From a virus, in the IMG/VR virus record IMGVR_UViG_3300049324_000053: 64,000 nucleotides of DNA; one strand, given 5' to 3'. Made by a program: the position numbers and the translations under genes. The notes beneath the pieces were generated by a model. The model saw only the letters and a list, made by a program, of their open reading frames with translations, was not told the DNA's origin and did not search any database. Positions 1 through 9,958 of this stretch are shown here, piece by piece; the first letter of the stretch is position 1; each line of letters begins with the position of its first letter.

Positions 1-20
1 TCCCGGGGTATCATGCCGCT

Positions 21-296
21 ATGTCCCAGGATGCGATGCCGGCGCGGATGCGGCTGGCGTATGTGCTCGACAACGTGGGTCTGGCGGCGATGGCCGTGCG
101 CGCCCGCGCCGGCGTCTATGACGACCTGCTGTCCGACTCCCCCACGCCGACGGTGGATCTGGTGACCGAGCTGCGGGCCGTGGGCCGTAAGGATCTGGCC
201 GAGCGGGCGATCGCCGGCGAGTGGCTGCCGACGCACGAGGAGGCGGCGGCGTGGGCGCGCTGTTACCCGCCGCAGGACGTCATCCGCACGTTGTGA
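21..296 (+). CDS. hypothetical protein
   Basis: GC3-rich ORF; TATCAT -10 box 6 nt before ATG. Confidence 0.7.
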   Translation: MSQDAMPARMRLAYVLDNVGLAAMAVRARAGVYDDLLSDSPTPTVDLVTELRAVGRKDLAERAIAGEWLPTHEEAAAWARCYPPQDVIRTL

Positions 297-335
297 CGCT
301 GTGGGCATGCTACGTCTGCGCATAGGGTTTATCGT

Positions 336-509
336 ATGGAAAGCTTGTGGCCGGTATTATCGCTGATAGCCGGTATTGTCATGCTTTGTGCGTTGTGGCA
401 GGTGAGCCGGCGGCGGGAGCGTGCGGCGGCTGTGCTGATCGAGGAACTGTCGGAGCTTGTCCAGGCGCTGACCCAACAGCTGTCGCAGTTCAATAGTAAC
501 TCACGGTAA
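336..509 (+). CDS. small single-pass membrane protein (57 aa, MESLWPVLSLIAGIVMLCALWQVSRRRER...)
   Basis: Translated by hand (below ORF-track cutoff); hydrophobic N-terminus, basic stop-transfer, coiled tail; TAGGGT 7 nt upstream. Confidence 0.55.
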   Translation: MESLWPVLSLIAGIVMLCALWQVSRRRERAAAVLIEELSELVQALTQQLSQFNSNSR

Positions 510-537
510 CTACCGATAAGGCAAAGGTATCGGTAGT
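510..537. terminator. inverted repeat CTACCGATA...TATCGGTAG between convergent genes
   Basis: 9-bp stem in an AT-richer spacer; second hairpin CTATTCC...GGAATAG near 592-612. Confidence 0.4.
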
Positions 538-618
538 ACCGAATTCTGTCCTGTGACGTATGTCGACGTAAGGGTAGGGGCTAGGGGAATGCTATTCCGT
601 TCAATGGAATAGTGCGGT

Positions 619-888
619 TCAATGTATGCCCAGCCTGGTCGGCCGGCGTGGATCGTGCTGTGCCTGCCGGCGCGCATAGGCGGCCAGCTCGCGTTGGGCT
701 CGCTCCAGCGTCACCTGGCCGACCTCGTTTTGCCCGTGGTGGTAAGCCTCGGCGGACGCCAGGAACAGGTGCATGCAGGAAGCCAACTGCTGTTCACGTT
801 GGGCGTACGCCCGCACCGTTCCGACCAGCACCCAGGTCGGCAATGTCACGGCTGCCACCACGCAGAGAACCAGCACCATTGTCAACAT
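619..888 (-). CDS. small membrane protein
   Basis: N-terminal hydrophobic helix; TAGACT 6 nt before ATG. Confidence 0.6.
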   Translation of the reverse strand: MLTMVLVLCVVAAVTLPTWVLVGTVRAYAQREQQLASCMHLFLASAEAYHHGQNEVGQVTLERAQRELAAYARRQAQHDPRRPTRLGIH

Positions 889-904
889 ATGGGGAGTCTA
901 GAGT

Positions 905-1090
905 TCAATGCCCGTCCGGAGTACCGGTCAGTAGCAGGCAGCCGATGAAGAACATCACCAGCAACTGCGCGGCGCACAGTCCGGTGAACCACCAGCTGCG
1001 GTACACCGCCCGCACCTGACCGCCTCGACTGCCCAGGCCGAGCGCGGCCATGTCGAATATCGTGCACACCACGAGCACTCCCGTGATCAT
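905..1090 (-). CDS. small two-helix membrane protein
   Basis: Two hydrophobic segments. Confidence 0.45.
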   Translation of the reverse strand: MITGVLVVCTIFDMAALGLGSRGGQVRAVYRSWWFTGLCAAQLLVMFFIGCLLLTGTPDGH

Positions 1091-1343
1091 CTCAGCGTCC
1101 CATCGCGGCGCCGGCGAGCTAGGAGCGGCGCATCACAGTAGGTATCGGGGCGATCTACCCTGAACAGGTGAAGAACACCATACGGGGCGGCCGGCATCGG
1201 GATCGGATGAACATCCCCGTGATGCTGTCGTGCAACCACAACATCACCGTGCGCCGCGCGATCCTCGGCAAGCTGGAACGCTGCCCGGCGTGCGGCGTGG
1301 ATCGCACTGTCGTGCGGCGCTGCTGGTGAGCGCGCCACTGGAT

Positions 1344-1523
1344 ATGGGGGTCGACGAGCTGCGGCGCTTGGCCCGGTTCCTGGAGTTGTTGACCGAGGCG
1401 ACCCGCGAGACACAGGTGCGGGTCGACCGGTTCGACGTCCTGATTCCCGATGCGGATCTGGCATTGACCATTCGGTTCGACCCTGCGCCGTGCGAGTACC
1501 GGGTCGACGATCGGCGCAGTTGA
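1344..1523 (+). CDS. hypothetical protein (MGVDELRRLARFLELL...)
   Basis: Protein-like C-terminal part of ORF 1230..1523; start reassigned to ATG 1344. Confidence 0.5.
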   Translation: MGVDELRRLARFLELLTEATRETQVRVDRFDVLIPDADLALTIRFDPAPCEYRVDDRRS

Positions 1524-1645
1524 CGCGATGTTGGGGCCGCATGGTCAACCGGCAAGGTCGAGCAGTACCCGCAATCCACGGTCGATGGCTTGCAGCTCGT
1601 CGTAGCTCACGACGCCGACGTGTGCTCCGAGGCGCTGCGGGTCGC

Positions 1646-2197
1646 TCAAGACGGCAGCGTGAGGTCGGTGCGGCAGCGACGGGTGACGGCGTCGACCATC
1701 TCGGCGATCGCCACTTTGTCCAGCGGGGTCAGTTCCTTCAGCAGCCGCAGGTAAGCGGTCTCGTTCGCGGCGACGCCCGCAGCGACGAACACTCCCAAGC
1801 CCTGGCCGCGAGCTTGTTCGGGAGTCCAGTACGCCGGCGCCGAGTCGGCGAACCGGCTCTCGACCAGCGCCTCACCGTCCTTGGTCATGACCGGGCCCAG
1901 TTGCAGCCCGTCGGCGGCGGCCAGCAGACCGGTGCGTCCGGCGCGTAGCCGTTGGATGAAGCTGCCGACGACTTCGGGCGGGAAGTCGTGCTCGCGCAGA
2001 TGCTCCCAGATGGCCAGCTCGTATTCCGCGGCGCCGGCGGCGGTGAACCAGGCGTTCAGCCAGCGACGAGCGCGGCGTTGGCTGAATTGGAAGCGGCGTG
2101 GTGGTGAGCCGTCACCCTGGTTGTAGACCAGGACGACGTCGCTGCTGGTGATGTCTTCGTTGAAGATGGTGCCGATATCGACTGACGCTGTTGTCAT
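1646..2197 (-). CDS. hypothetical protein
   Basis: 183-aa ORF with globular composition and high-GC codon bias. Confidence 0.75.
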   Translation of the reverse strand: MTTASVDIGTIFNEDITSSDVVLVYNQGDGSPPRRFQFSQRRARRWLNAWFTAAGAAEYELAIWEHLREHDFPPEVVGSFIQRLRAGRTGLLAAADGLQLGPVMTKDGEALVESRFADSAPAYWTPEQARGQGLGVFVAAGVAANETAYLRLLKELTPLDKVAIAEMVDAVTRRCRTDLTLPS

Positions 2198-2212
2198 GCG
2201 TTATTTCTACCG

Positions 2213-2740
2213 CTACCTGTGGGGTTGTGCTGGACGGCTGGCGGCCGAACGTGGCGCGGCTGCCTTTTTACGTTGTTCGTGCCGTAGCTGTGTCTTGGCG
2301 CGCCAGACGGGGTCGACGCGGGCTCGCTCGTACCAGGCGCGATGGCTGCAGGCGCGTGAGCAGTAGCGCGTCGGGCGCGGCGCGAGGAACGACTGGCCGC
2401 ATTGCATGCAGGTGCAGGTGCGTGGCGGGTCTGTGTGGTGCCGTGCTTGCCGATGTTGCATTTGGCAGGTCGAGTTGCAGTACTCGCGGGGGCGTCCCCG
2501 TTGCGCCTGCAGCTCGGGCAGCGCCTGCTGGCAGGTCTTGCAGTGGGTCGGGCGGGCCCGCGGGAAGTGGATCCGGCGCATGGACTCGGTGGATTTGGGG
2601 CTGCGGCCGAGCGTCTCAGCGATCACCGTGGCCTTGATCCCGGCGGCGGTCAGTTCGCCGAGCGTTTTGAGTTCGGTGGGGCTCCATCGGGACCACGGCT
2701 TCGGTTTCGGCGCCCCGCCGTGGGAAACCTGCATCCTCAT
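2213..2740 (-). CDS. HTH + two Cys4 zinc-finger DNA-binding protein
   Basis: WSPTELKTL...IAETLGRS HTH, then CKTC..YCNSTC and CMQC..YCSRAC motifs. Confidence 0.7.
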   Translation of the reverse strand: MRMQVSHGGAPKPKPWSRWSPTELKTLGELTAAGIKATVIAETLGRSPKSTESMRRIHFPRARPTHCKTCQQALPELQAQRGRPREYCNSTCQMQHRQARHHTDPPRTCTCMQCGQSFLAPRPTRYCSRACSHRAWYERARVDPVWRAKTQLRHEQRKKAAAPRSAASRPAQPHR

Positions 2741-2779
2741 ATCATGCCATTAGGGGCGGACCGGGAGGAATGTGGTTCG

Positions 2780-3265
2780 TTACCGTTCGCGGTCGCGGCG
2801 AACCGTCGGTGACATCTTCGCCCGCTCCAGCAACTGCGTCAGGGCAGGGTCGTTGTCGTACTCGGCCTGTGCGTCGTCGTCGCTGAACGACCGGCGGCGC
2901 GCGGTGGTTCGCCGCTCGGCCAGTTCTTCGGCGCTCATGCTCGCGGCCAGCTGCGCGTATCCCTTGGACAGTTCGGCTTCGGTGCGCCGGTCAAGCTCGA
3001 TCATCGCGTTGACCTCGTCGGGATACATGATCCAGTACGCCAGTGCGACACCGATCAGGCCCACCGGGACGCCGGTGTCGGTTTCCAGCATCCGCAGTCG
3101 TTCCGCCTCGGACAGTTCGGGCTCTGCGACGAGGCTGCTTTGCATTGCTCGGACGATCTCCCAGACGTCCGGCCCCTGGACAAGGGTGGCACGCCGGCCC
3201 ATCGGACCATCCTGGAAGGTGATACCCGGGTAGATGGTCGTGCGCCTGACTTCTTCGGCGTTCAT
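2780..3265 (-). CDS. orphan DUF433-like antitoxin with extra acidic C-terminal segment
   Basis: YPGITFQDGPMGRRATLVQGPDVWEIV...ALAYWIMYPDEV matches the actinobacterial DUF433-type antitoxin pattern; no adjacent toxin; start set to ATG 3265 (TAGATT -10). Confidence 0.65.
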   Translation of the reverse strand: MNAEEVRRTTIYPGITFQDGPMGRRATLVQGPDVWEIVRAMQSSLVAEPELSEAERLRMLETDTGVPVGLIGVALAYWIMYPDEVNAMIELDRRTEAELSKGYAQLAASMSAEELAERRTTARRRSFSDDDAQAEYDNDPALTQLLERAKMSPTVRRDRER

Positions 3266-3331
3266 GGCGACGAATCTACCCGGCGGCATGTATTCGATGG
3301 CGTGTCGTCGGGGACCTGGCATGCTTTGTAG

Positions 3332-4057
3332 ATGCCTGTGCATATACCGCCCGATGATCCGTTGCTGACGCTGCCCGACACTGTCGTCGAGCAGATGCAT
3401 CTGGCCGCTCACGAGGCGTTGCCGGTAGCCACCGGTGGCTTGCTGCTCGGTCACCGGGACGGCGGGCGCATCACGGTGACACGCGCCGCGGTGACTGCCG
3501 ACCCGTATGCTGCCGCGGACCGCTGGCACTGCTCCATCGAGGCCAGGGAAGCGGTATTGAAGCAGGTGCGTGATCATGGCATCAGGAGCCGGTGGGCCGA
3601 TGAAGGGGGCCGGTGGGCCAGCGAAGTGGGCATCTGGGTCTCGTCACCCGTCGTCGAGCGGCTCAGCTTGGACGACGCCGATTCGATTCTTGGGTTGTCC
3701 CAGTTGCATTCCGGCTCGGTAGCGCTGCTGTTCTACCGGTTGGACGCCACCATCGACTGTGTGATCGCCCGTCGGGGACGGCTTATTGCCGGCAGGGGCG
3801 CCATGCCGGGCCGTGTGCATTCGTTGGCGCTGTCAGTGCTGGCCGAACCGTTCTGGACCAGCTATGAGCAGCAGCGGCGGACATTGTCTGCTCCTGCACC
3901 TTTTCGCTGGAACGAGGACTCGATGCAGGTGGATGCGGAACTCGACTCTTCACCCGAGGCGACCTACGACGGAATCTGCCCCCGCTGCAATGACCTTGCG
4001 CAGTGGCAGACGCATGAAGGTTCCGACCCGGACATCAACTGCCCCACCTGTGGCTGA
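3332..4057 (+). CDS. JAB/MPN-fold protein, probably inactive, with C-terminal zinc ribbon
   Basis: PVATGGLLLG (cf. PxETGGxLxG) and VGIWVSSP...LSLDD (cf. GxWHSHP...SxxD); CPRC...CPTC tail. Confidence 0.6.
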   Translation: MPVHIPPDDPLLTLPDTVVEQMHLAAHEALPVATGGLLLGHRDGGRITVTRAAVTADPYAAADRWHCSIEAREAVLKQVRDHGIRSRWADEGGRWASEVGIWVSSPVVERLSLDDADSILGLSQLHSGSVALLFYRLDATIDCVIARRGRLIAGRGAMPGRVHSLALSVLAEPFWTSYEQQRRTLSAPAPFRWNEDSMQVDAELDSSPEATYDGICPRCNDLAQWQTHEGSDPDINCPTCG

Positions 4058-4450
4058 TCAACGTCGCTCTGCGCGCGACTGGTCGAACTCGTGCAGCTGC
4101 ACCGGGATGCCGGCGGCTTTCGCCCGGTCGATCGTGTCGCTGGTGCCGCGGCTGGCGCCGATACGAAACGCCAGGCACAGGTCCGCACCGTCGGCAACCA
4201 TCTGCGCGTTGCGCAGCGGACCCGCGGCCTTGCCGTGACGTTCCCAGTCGGCCGGGCGCCGGACCTCAGTGACCCCGTCAGGGTTCAGGTGGCACCAGAT
4301 GGCCGCGTAGGCATCCGCGCCGGTCGGGCAGGCGCCGTGCACGATGACCAGGTCGGCGCGCCGGTGCAGCTGGTCGAGCTTGTGGTACACCAGGTCCGGG
4401 TCCGGCCAGTTGCGTGATCCGGTGACCAGTACCCGCAGCGTCGGCCTCAC
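4058..4450 (-). CDS. DUF2493 / SLOG-family protein
   Basis: VLVTGSRNW, IVHGACPTGAD, GKAAGPLRNAQMV, SRGT motifs. Confidence 0.85.
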   Translation of the reverse strand: MRPTLRVLVTGSRNWPDPDLVYHKLDQLHRRADLVIVHGACPTGADAYAAIWCHLNPDGVTEVRRPADWERHGKAAGPLRNAQMVADGADLCLAFRIGASRGTSDTIDRAKAAGIPVQLHEFDQSRAERR

Positions 4451-4641
4451 CGTTGGCTGCCTTCCAGTGCGTCGAGGTGGGAACGGACGATCGCTTGCAC
4501 GCGGCCGCGGCGCGCCTGGGCAAGCTCGTCGTGCGCCGCGGCGACGTCGGCGAGCGCCTCGTCGAGCGCCTTCGCGTCGTCCGCCAGGGCGGCGTACACG
4601 GCGCGTTCATGTGCTTCGTGCAGTGCGGCCGCCGGGGTCAT
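4447..4641 (-). CDS. hypothetical helical protein
   Basis: 4-nt overlaps with both neighbours (coupled operon). Confidence 0.6.
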   Translation of the reverse strand: MTPAAALHEAHERAVYAALADDAKALDEALADVAAAHDELAQARRGRVQAIVRSHLDALEGSQR

Positions 4642-5198
4642 GACTGACCTTGGCTGTTGCCGAGGTCATGGATGGGGGTGGTGTCGTCGATCTGCGGATC
4701 CTTGCTCGCGCACAGGTAGCACACCAGGATCATCATCGGGTTGGCCTTCAACGCTCGTTGAATGCGGGGACCGACCCAGCACGGCTCGTTGCATCGCGTG
4801 CAGGGCATGACCACCGATCCGGGGTACTTGTTCGGGAGTGTCTGACCGGACTCCTTGACGATGCGTAACAGTTCGGCGTTGGGGGTGATGGGGCGTGCTG
4901 CGGCCAGCAGTGTCTGCGGTGGACCGTCATCATGGCAGGTGCACCGGTTCAGCCAGAATCGCTGCACATCATGCCCGCCGGTGATCAAAGCGGCGGTGAC
5001 GTACTGGTTGATTTGCTCCTTCTCCTCGGGGACGGTTGCAGCTGCGGCCATGAGGGCGTCGAGCGCGGCCTGGTTCATGCCGGTCACCGCGGCGATGACT
5101 TTGCCGGCCAGGTCGTCGGAGGGTTCAGGCGTCGCGCCACACATGTCCACAGGCAGGCAGTCTAGGGTGTTTGGCTCATCATGGGCGGGTGACGTCAT
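4638..5198 (-). CDS. hypothetical zinc-binding protein
   Basis: CTRC...CYLC motifs; start reassigned to MTSPAHDE. Confidence 0.6.
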   Translation of the reverse strand: MTSPAHDEPNTLDCLPVDMCGATPEPSDDLAGKVIAAVTGMNQAALDALMAAAATVPEEKEQINQYVTAALITGGHDVQRFWLNRCTCHDDGPPQTLLAAARPITPNAELLRIVKESGQTLPNKYPGSVVMPCTRCNEPCWVGPRIQRALKANPMMILVCYLCASKDPQIDDTTPIHDLGNSQGQS

Positions 5199-5494
5199 CG
5201 TCGTTCGACGAGTCCGAGCCGCCCGAACCGTTGTCCGTGCCGCAGTCGCCGGTGGCGATGCTGGAGGCGCGGTTGCGGCGTGAGGGCGTTCAGCTGGCGG
5301 CGCTGCGCGAGCAGATGGTTGCGGCCAAGGCCAGTGCGTATGCTGCGGCGCGTCTTGCGTGGCCGCAGTTGACCGAGCAGCGGATCGCGGCGTTGCTCGG
5401 GGTGGACCGGATGACGGTGCGCCGGGCTTTGGGCAAGATGCCGTCGCGGGCACGCGGGTCCATGCCGGATATGTCGCCTACGGTGGAAGAGTGA
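5171..5494 (+). CDS. HTH DNA-binding protein (start uncertain, possibly 5258)
   Basis: LTEQRIAALLGVDRMTVRRALGK helix-turn-helix. Confidence 0.7.
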   Translation: MAHHGRVTSSSFDESEPPEPLSVPQSPVAMLEARLRREGVQLAALREQMVAAKASAYAAARLAWPQLTEQRIAALLGVDRMTVRRALGKMPSRARGSMPDMSPTVEE

Positions 5495-5886
5495 CAGCCG
5501 ACCGTCCCTCGAACGGCTGCTACGACATCCACGGCCGACTGCTGTCCGACGTCGATGCCGTGCGCCTGATGCTGGAACCGGCCGCCTCGCACGTGCTGGC
5601 GCAAGACGCCCTGCGTGCACCCGAGGGCACCTACTGGCAGGTGCTGACCGTGTACGTCGGCGTCGACCACCGCGACAACCCGGCCGACCCGCCATTGATC
5701 TTCGAGACGCTTGTCGTCACCGAGGGCATCGTGGAACATGCGCTGCTGTGGCCGTGCCTTGGCGACGCGCTGACCGGTCATCACCGTGCGGTGAGCTTGC
5801 TGCGGACCGGGCGCCTCGACCAGGTGCCTCTCGTGTCCTTGTGGCAGCTGCCCTACGGCTGGCATTCGGACACGCTGTCGGGCTGA
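5491..5886 (+). CDS. hypothetical phage protein
   Basis: VLTVYVGVDH...PPLIFETLV motif; GTGA overlap with upstream stop. Confidence 0.65.
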   Translation: MTADRPSNGCYDIHGRLLSDVDAVRLMLEPAASHVLAQDALRAPEGTYWQVLTVYVGVDHRDNPADPPLIFETLVVTEGIVEHALLWPCLGDALTGHHRAVSLLRTGRLDQVPLVSLWQLPYGWHSDTLSG

Positions 5887-5950
5887 CGGTGGACGGCGCC
5901 GGCGATCCCCTGACCCTGGATCAACTCGCCGGCGCCGCGATCGCACGGTA

Positions 5951-6691
5951 TCAGGTGTCCTGCGGGTAGCTGCCGATGCTTGTCATGGTATCGGTGCCGT
6001 CCGGCAGGGTGTGGATCTCGAAGTCACCGAACACCGCCGGTGCGTGCGCTTTCAACAGGCGGCCAAGCTGCACGGCCAGCGTCCGGATCTCCACGTCGGC
6101 GGCCGCGGACCCGCGCATCGCCAGCACGTGACGCCACGCCCGGTAGTTGCCGGTCACCACCATTCGGGTCTCGGCCGCGTTCGGCAGTACCGCACGCGCC
6201 GCCTGACGCGCCGCCTTACGCCGGGCGGTGCCCGCCGGCAGATCCTGCAGATGATCGTCGAGGTTGATCAGCAGTTGTTCGTAAGCGGCCTGCGCGGTGT
6301 GCGCGGCGTGCCGGAAGATGCCGCGCAGCATCGGGTCGCCGGCGATGACGTCGGGCATGATGAACGCCACGTCCCGGCTGTCGACATACCGTTGCGACAG
6401 CTGCGAGAAGTTCAGATGCCGGTGGCGCACCAGTTCGTGTGAGCAGGACCGTGAAATGCCCGTCACGTAGAAGCTGACCGACGCGTGTTCCAGGACCGAC
6501 AGATGCCCGACGTCCAGCAGATGTGCGATGTAGCCGGCGTTGGTGGCGGTCGCCGGATTCGGCTTGTTCCACGACTGGTAGCAGGCGCGGCCGGCGAACT
6601 CCACCAGCGCCGGGCCGTCGTCGGCGTCGGTGGCCCAGGGCACGTCGGCCGGTGGGGCGAAGATGGTGGCGGCGATGAGCTGGACGTGCAT
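5951..6691 (-). CDS. thyX: FAD-dependent thymidylate synthase
   Basis: [34 protein letters not shown] signature, AARAVLPN. Confidence 0.97.
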   Translation of the reverse strand: MHVQLIAATIFAPPADVPWATDADDGPALVEFAGRACYQSWNKPNPATATNAGYIAHLLDVGHLSVLEHASVSFYVTGISRSCSHELVRHRHLNFSQLSQRYVDSRDVAFIMPDVIAGDPMLRGIFRHAAHTAQAAYEQLLINLDDHLQDLPAGTARRKAARQAARAVLPNAAETRMVVTGNYRAWRHVLAMRGSAAADVEIRTLAVQLGRLLKAHAPAVFGDFEIHTLPDGTDTMTSIGSYPQDT

Positions 6692-6730
6692 ACCCGCAGT
6701 ATCTCGTCCGCATCTGGGCAACAAGGGCGC

Positions 6731-7012
6731 ATGGGACTGCGCGGCGTGAGTGTCGAGAAATTCGGGCCCGGCGTGGAGATCACCGGCCGTACCGACGATG
6801 GCCGCAGCTGGCTGCTGCACACCGGCGACGTGCCCGGTGGTATCGCCTTGGAGGTTGTTCATGATCTGGACCCTGATGCCGACGAGGACGAGATCGACGC
6901 CCCCGACTGCCAGGTGCTCTACGCCGTCGACCTGCCGGCCGAGGCATGGGTCGCGCTGGTCAACACCGCGCTGTACGTGCCGCCGCCGGGCGCCGCGACG
7001 CTGCCGCTTTAG
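6731..7012 (+). CDS. hypothetical acidic protein
   Basis: Protein-like C-terminal half of ORF 6485..7012, divergent from thyX. Confidence 0.55.
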   Translation: MGLRGVSVEKFGPGVEITGRTDDGRSWLLHTGDVPGGIALEVVHDLDPDADEDEIDAPDCQVLYAVDLPAEAWVALVNTALYVPPPGAATLPL

Positions 7013-7248
7013 TCGGCTGCTTCGTACGTCGCGCAGAACACCTCGGCCGCGCACGGGTACAGCTCCCCGCCCGCGCCGCGCATCAGGTAGTCGCCGGCGC
7101 GTCCGGTCATCCGTCCTTCGAGGGTGTCGACAGCGAACGTCGTCGACATCTTTATCGCCTGCGTGAGGGTGGTCTTGCGGTAGGAGGTGAACACCAGGGC
7201 GCTGGGATCCGCGACGACGTCGTCGATGTAGAGCGTCGTCGGCTTCAT
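7009..7248 (-). CDS. PGDYG-like small phage protein
   Basis: [35 protein letters not shown] pattern. Confidence 0.75.
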   Translation of the reverse strand: MKPTTLYIDDVVADPSALVFTSYRKTTLTQAIKMSTTFAVDTLEGRMTGRAGDYLMRGAGGELYPCAAEVFCATYEAAD

Positions 7249-7436
7249 GACGTCACGACCGCGTCGGCCAGTAGTTCCGGGTCGAACCCGAATTCGATGC
7301 CCGGCGCCAGCCAGGTGGGCCCGGTCAGGTACGGCCGCCAGGTGACCGGGGTCAAGGCGTCGCACCGGTCGCATGCAGCGGTGCGCGTGCTGACCAGCCA
7401 CTGCCCGCCGCAGAAATGCCGCAGAGCCTCTGTCAT
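7245..7436 (-). CDS. hypothetical protein
   Basis: TACTGT 6 nt before ATG; ATGA overlap with next gene. Confidence 0.5.
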   Translation of the reverse strand: MTEALRHFCGGQWLVSTRTAACDRCDALTPVTWRPYLTGPTWLAPGIEFGFDPELLADAVVTS

Positions 7437-7558
7437 GGGTACACAGTAGGCGCATGACGAACGGATCCGGGCGATCGACATAGCGATGCCCGGGGGATCC
7501 GGCCGAGACCGAATACGCACCCGGGCGCACGACGCCAGCGTACCCGTACGCTGCGGCC

Positions 7559-7732
7559 ATGGCATACGTGCAGGTGGATGACAAGCTGCTGCATCAGGTG
7601 GCCGAGGCGTTCGGCACGACCAGCGACCAGGAAGCCGTCGAGGGTGCGCTGTTGCATGTGCTGGCCTGGAACGAAGGCCAGCAGGAGGCGTTCGCGGCGT
7701 TCACGGCGTACCAGGCCCGCAATCAGCCGTGA
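7559..7732 (+). CDS. orphan VapB-like (RHH) antitoxin, 57 aa
   Basis: Hand translation MAYVQVDDKLLHQVAEAFGTTSDQEAVEGALLHV fits the VapB xxIDDxLLxxAxxxxGTxTxxxxVxxAL pattern; TACGCT -10; no PIN gene adjacent. Confidence 0.6.
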   Translation: MAYVQVDDKLLHQVAEAFGTTSDQEAVEGALLHVLAWNEGQQEAFAAFTAYQARNQP

Positions 7733-8106
7733 TCGCTCGGGCGGGCGCCGGTGCCGTCCCAGTACACCGCGTGGCCTTCGGTGACCAGGGTGTCCGACAG
7801 GTTCGTGCCGTCGGGCAGCACGACCTCGGCCATCCAAGCGCCAGTTCGGTCCGTTGGGGCGCCGTATTTATAGCCACGTAGTGTCGTGACGTTGACGGTG
7901 GCCGTGCCGAGCAGAGCCACGACCCGGTCGCGGGCGACTTTACCGGCCACCGACGACAGTGCGGGCGCGTTGATCCGGTTGACACGGACGCGCACCGGGA
8001 AGATGACCTTGCCTTCGAAGCCGATGTCCCGAATGACCTCGATGTCCAATGTGTCCCCATCGAGGACGCGCACTACCCGCGTGTTCGGCCACACCCAATC
8101 GGTCAT
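7723..8106 (-). CDS. thermonuclease (SNase) family nuclease
   Basis: VVRVLDGDTL, VRVNRINAP, YKYG, LVTEGHAVYWDG. Confidence 0.85.
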   Translation of the reverse strand: MTDWVWPNTRVVRVLDGDTLDIEVIRDIGFEGKVIFPVRVRVNRINAPALSSVAGKVARDRVVALLGTATVNVTTLRGYKYGAPTDRTGAWMAEVVLPDGTNLSDTLVTEGHAVYWDGTGARPSDHG

Positions 8107-8115
8107 AGTCCGACA

Positions 8116-8409
8116 TTACGGCGACTTCCGCAGCCGTTCGGTGGTCACGTCGACCGCGACCCGAAACAACCGGCTGATGACCACCGGCAGCACCCCGGCC
8201 ATCGACACCTGGTAGAGCCCGTCAGTTTCCAGCAGCCGGTCCCAGCACGGATCCAGCTCTTTGGTGTCTCCGAGCTTGATACCGCTGAACTGCTCGATCG
8301 GCGCCGGCGGATCAGCTGCGGTGCGCCCCACCGTCAGGCAGAACATGCAGGTGAACCCATGAGGCGGCTGACCGTGACAGTTGGTGCATTCCTGTGCTGT
8401 GTACCGCAT
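8116..8409 (-). CDS. hypothetical zinc-binding protein
   Basis: CTNC...CMFC motifs. Confidence 0.55.
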   Translation of the reverse strand: MRYTAQECTNCHGQPPHGFTCMFCLTVGRTAADPPAPIEQFSGIKLGDTKELDPCWDRLLETDGLYQVSMAGVLPVVISRLFRVAVDVTTERLRKSP

Positions 8410-8420
8410 GGCGGGTGATC

Positions 8421-8624
8421 CTATGCCTGGCTGAGTGCTTCGGCGATCTCCTGCTCGGTCTCACCGTAGATCACAGCGACGGTCATCGACGGCAGCCCCA
8501 TCGTGACGATTTCCGTGGCGGGGATGTGGATGGGTCGGCCGGCCATGAGGTGCTCGACGTTCTGGCGTGACAACCCCAGGATCAGCAGCGGCGCATTGCC
8601 CGCCCGGCCGGTCGCTTTGATCAT
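8421..8624 (-). CDS. hypothetical phage protein (MIKATGRAG...YGETEQEI)
   Basis: LILGLSRQNVEHLMAGRPI motif; TACGCT 6 nt before ATG 8624. Confidence 0.65.
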   Translation of the reverse strand: MIKATGRAGNAPLLILGLSRQNVEHLMAGRPIHIPATEIVTMGLPSMTVAVIYGETEQEIAEALSQA

Positions 8625-8713
8625 GGTGGCAGCGTAGTGGGGTTGTTTGTCGTCGCACAAGACGTGCCGATGGGCTGGAATGTCGCCTTCTGAACTCCGG
8701 CGGCAAACGGTCG

Positions 8714-9484
8714 TTAGGCGCCGGTAGGCGTGCTGGCGCGATGCGCGGTCCGCAGGGCGCGAGCAGCCTGGTCCAGCTCAAGACGGGTCGTGTCCAGCAA
8801 CGGCCAGCGCTCGTGATCGACGCATTCCAGCAGCCGTTCGCACGCGGCCGACGCCTGGCGTGCGCTCGCCTCCACCGCGGGCACCTCGTGGACCAGGTCG
8901 GCCAACGCGTGCGCCAATTCGTCGGCCGCGGTCCGTACCCGGGTGACGTACACCTCCCGCTGATCGGCGCGGTTGGTACTGGCCAGCTGGCCGGCGAGCC
9001 AGTCGGCGTTCACGCCGACCAGGTACGCCCAGAACGACACCCGCTCGGCTGTCGTCAGCCGCGGATACTGCTCGGGTAACGCCTCGTCACGCCGGTCGAA
9101 GTGCTCGACCGCGAGCGCCTGCCCAGGGTCGACGAGGCGGCAGTGGGCTTTACGGTCGTAGAAGGCGGCCTTGTAGAACACCGCCACCCGCTGCAGGCCG
9201 CGTGAATCGTACAGGTGCGACCACATTTGATGTTCGTGAGCCTGCCGGTACCAGCCGGCGGGCAGCGTGACGTGCCGGAACAGGTCGTCGTCGGCGACCG
9301 GCGGGCCGGGAACGAACCCGAGCGCTTCCAGCTGCGACCAGGGGCCGTCGACGGGCAGCAGACCGCTGGCAACCAGCTGATCCTGTCCGGCCTGCTCCAT
9401 GTCGGTGATGTAGTTGTTGATGTCGTCCGCCACAGCGGCGTGCAGATGGTCGTAGGGGGTACGGTTCGCCGTGTTCTCGATCAA
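8714..9484 (-). CDS. conserved hypothetical phage/plasmid protein
   Basis: EQAGQDQLV...LPAGW...RVAVFYKAAFYDR; start reassigned to TTG 9484 after GAAGGG. Confidence 0.7.
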   Translation of the reverse strand: MIENTANRTPYDHLHAAVADDINNYITDMEQAGQDQLVASGLLPVDGPWSQLEALGFVPGPPVADDDLFRHVTLPAGWYRQAHEHQMWSHLYDSRGLQRVAVFYKAAFYDRKAHCRLVDPGQALAVEHFDRRDEALPEQYPRLTTAERVSFWAYLVGVNADWLAGQLASTNRADQREVYVTRVRTAADELAHALADLVHEVPAVEASARQASAACERLLECVDHERWPLLDTTRLELDQAARALRTAHRASTPTGA

Positions 9485-9958
9485 TGTTCGGTCCCTTCTC
9501 GCTGCGAGTAGGGGCGCCGGCCCGCACGTAGTACCCGCACCCCGGTGTGCGGGCCGGCGCAGCCGGCGCACGCCCGCACACCATGACGCACGCATTCTCC
9601 TGAACGGATCCGTCGTGCCGCCAGGGCCAGCACGGCGGCGTTCAGCGACTGGGTTGCCACCAGGGGGGCCGTTGCTTGCCTGCTGGCGGCCAGGCGGCAA
9701 GCGGCGCGTAGTTGCAGGTCGGACAGGGCCAGCTCGGCGTCGGTCGAAAGCCATACCCGCCGAGGTCGTCGGGAAAGACGCATGCGTTCCACCCTCATGC
9801 GCTCCACCCTCGCGCCGGTGACGTCCCATACCGGACATCTGGCGAACCAGGCGCGTCGTGTGCCCGCCGGGTGTCGCGCAGATTCTGACCGGTCGGCGTC
9901 GATGTATCCAGTGCCAGGATCGTCAGCGCCCCGCGGGTGTGCCTTGGAAGGAATACCG

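Noticed and set aside
5951-7054. 367-aa ThyX with N-terminal extension (ORF track)
   Set aside because: Homology starts at MHVQLIAAT (6691); the extension overlaps a divergent gene
9485-9958. ~470-bp gap as a structured ncRNA
   Set aside because: No recognisable tRNA, riboswitch or convincing long stems by eye; needs an Infernal/Rfam search
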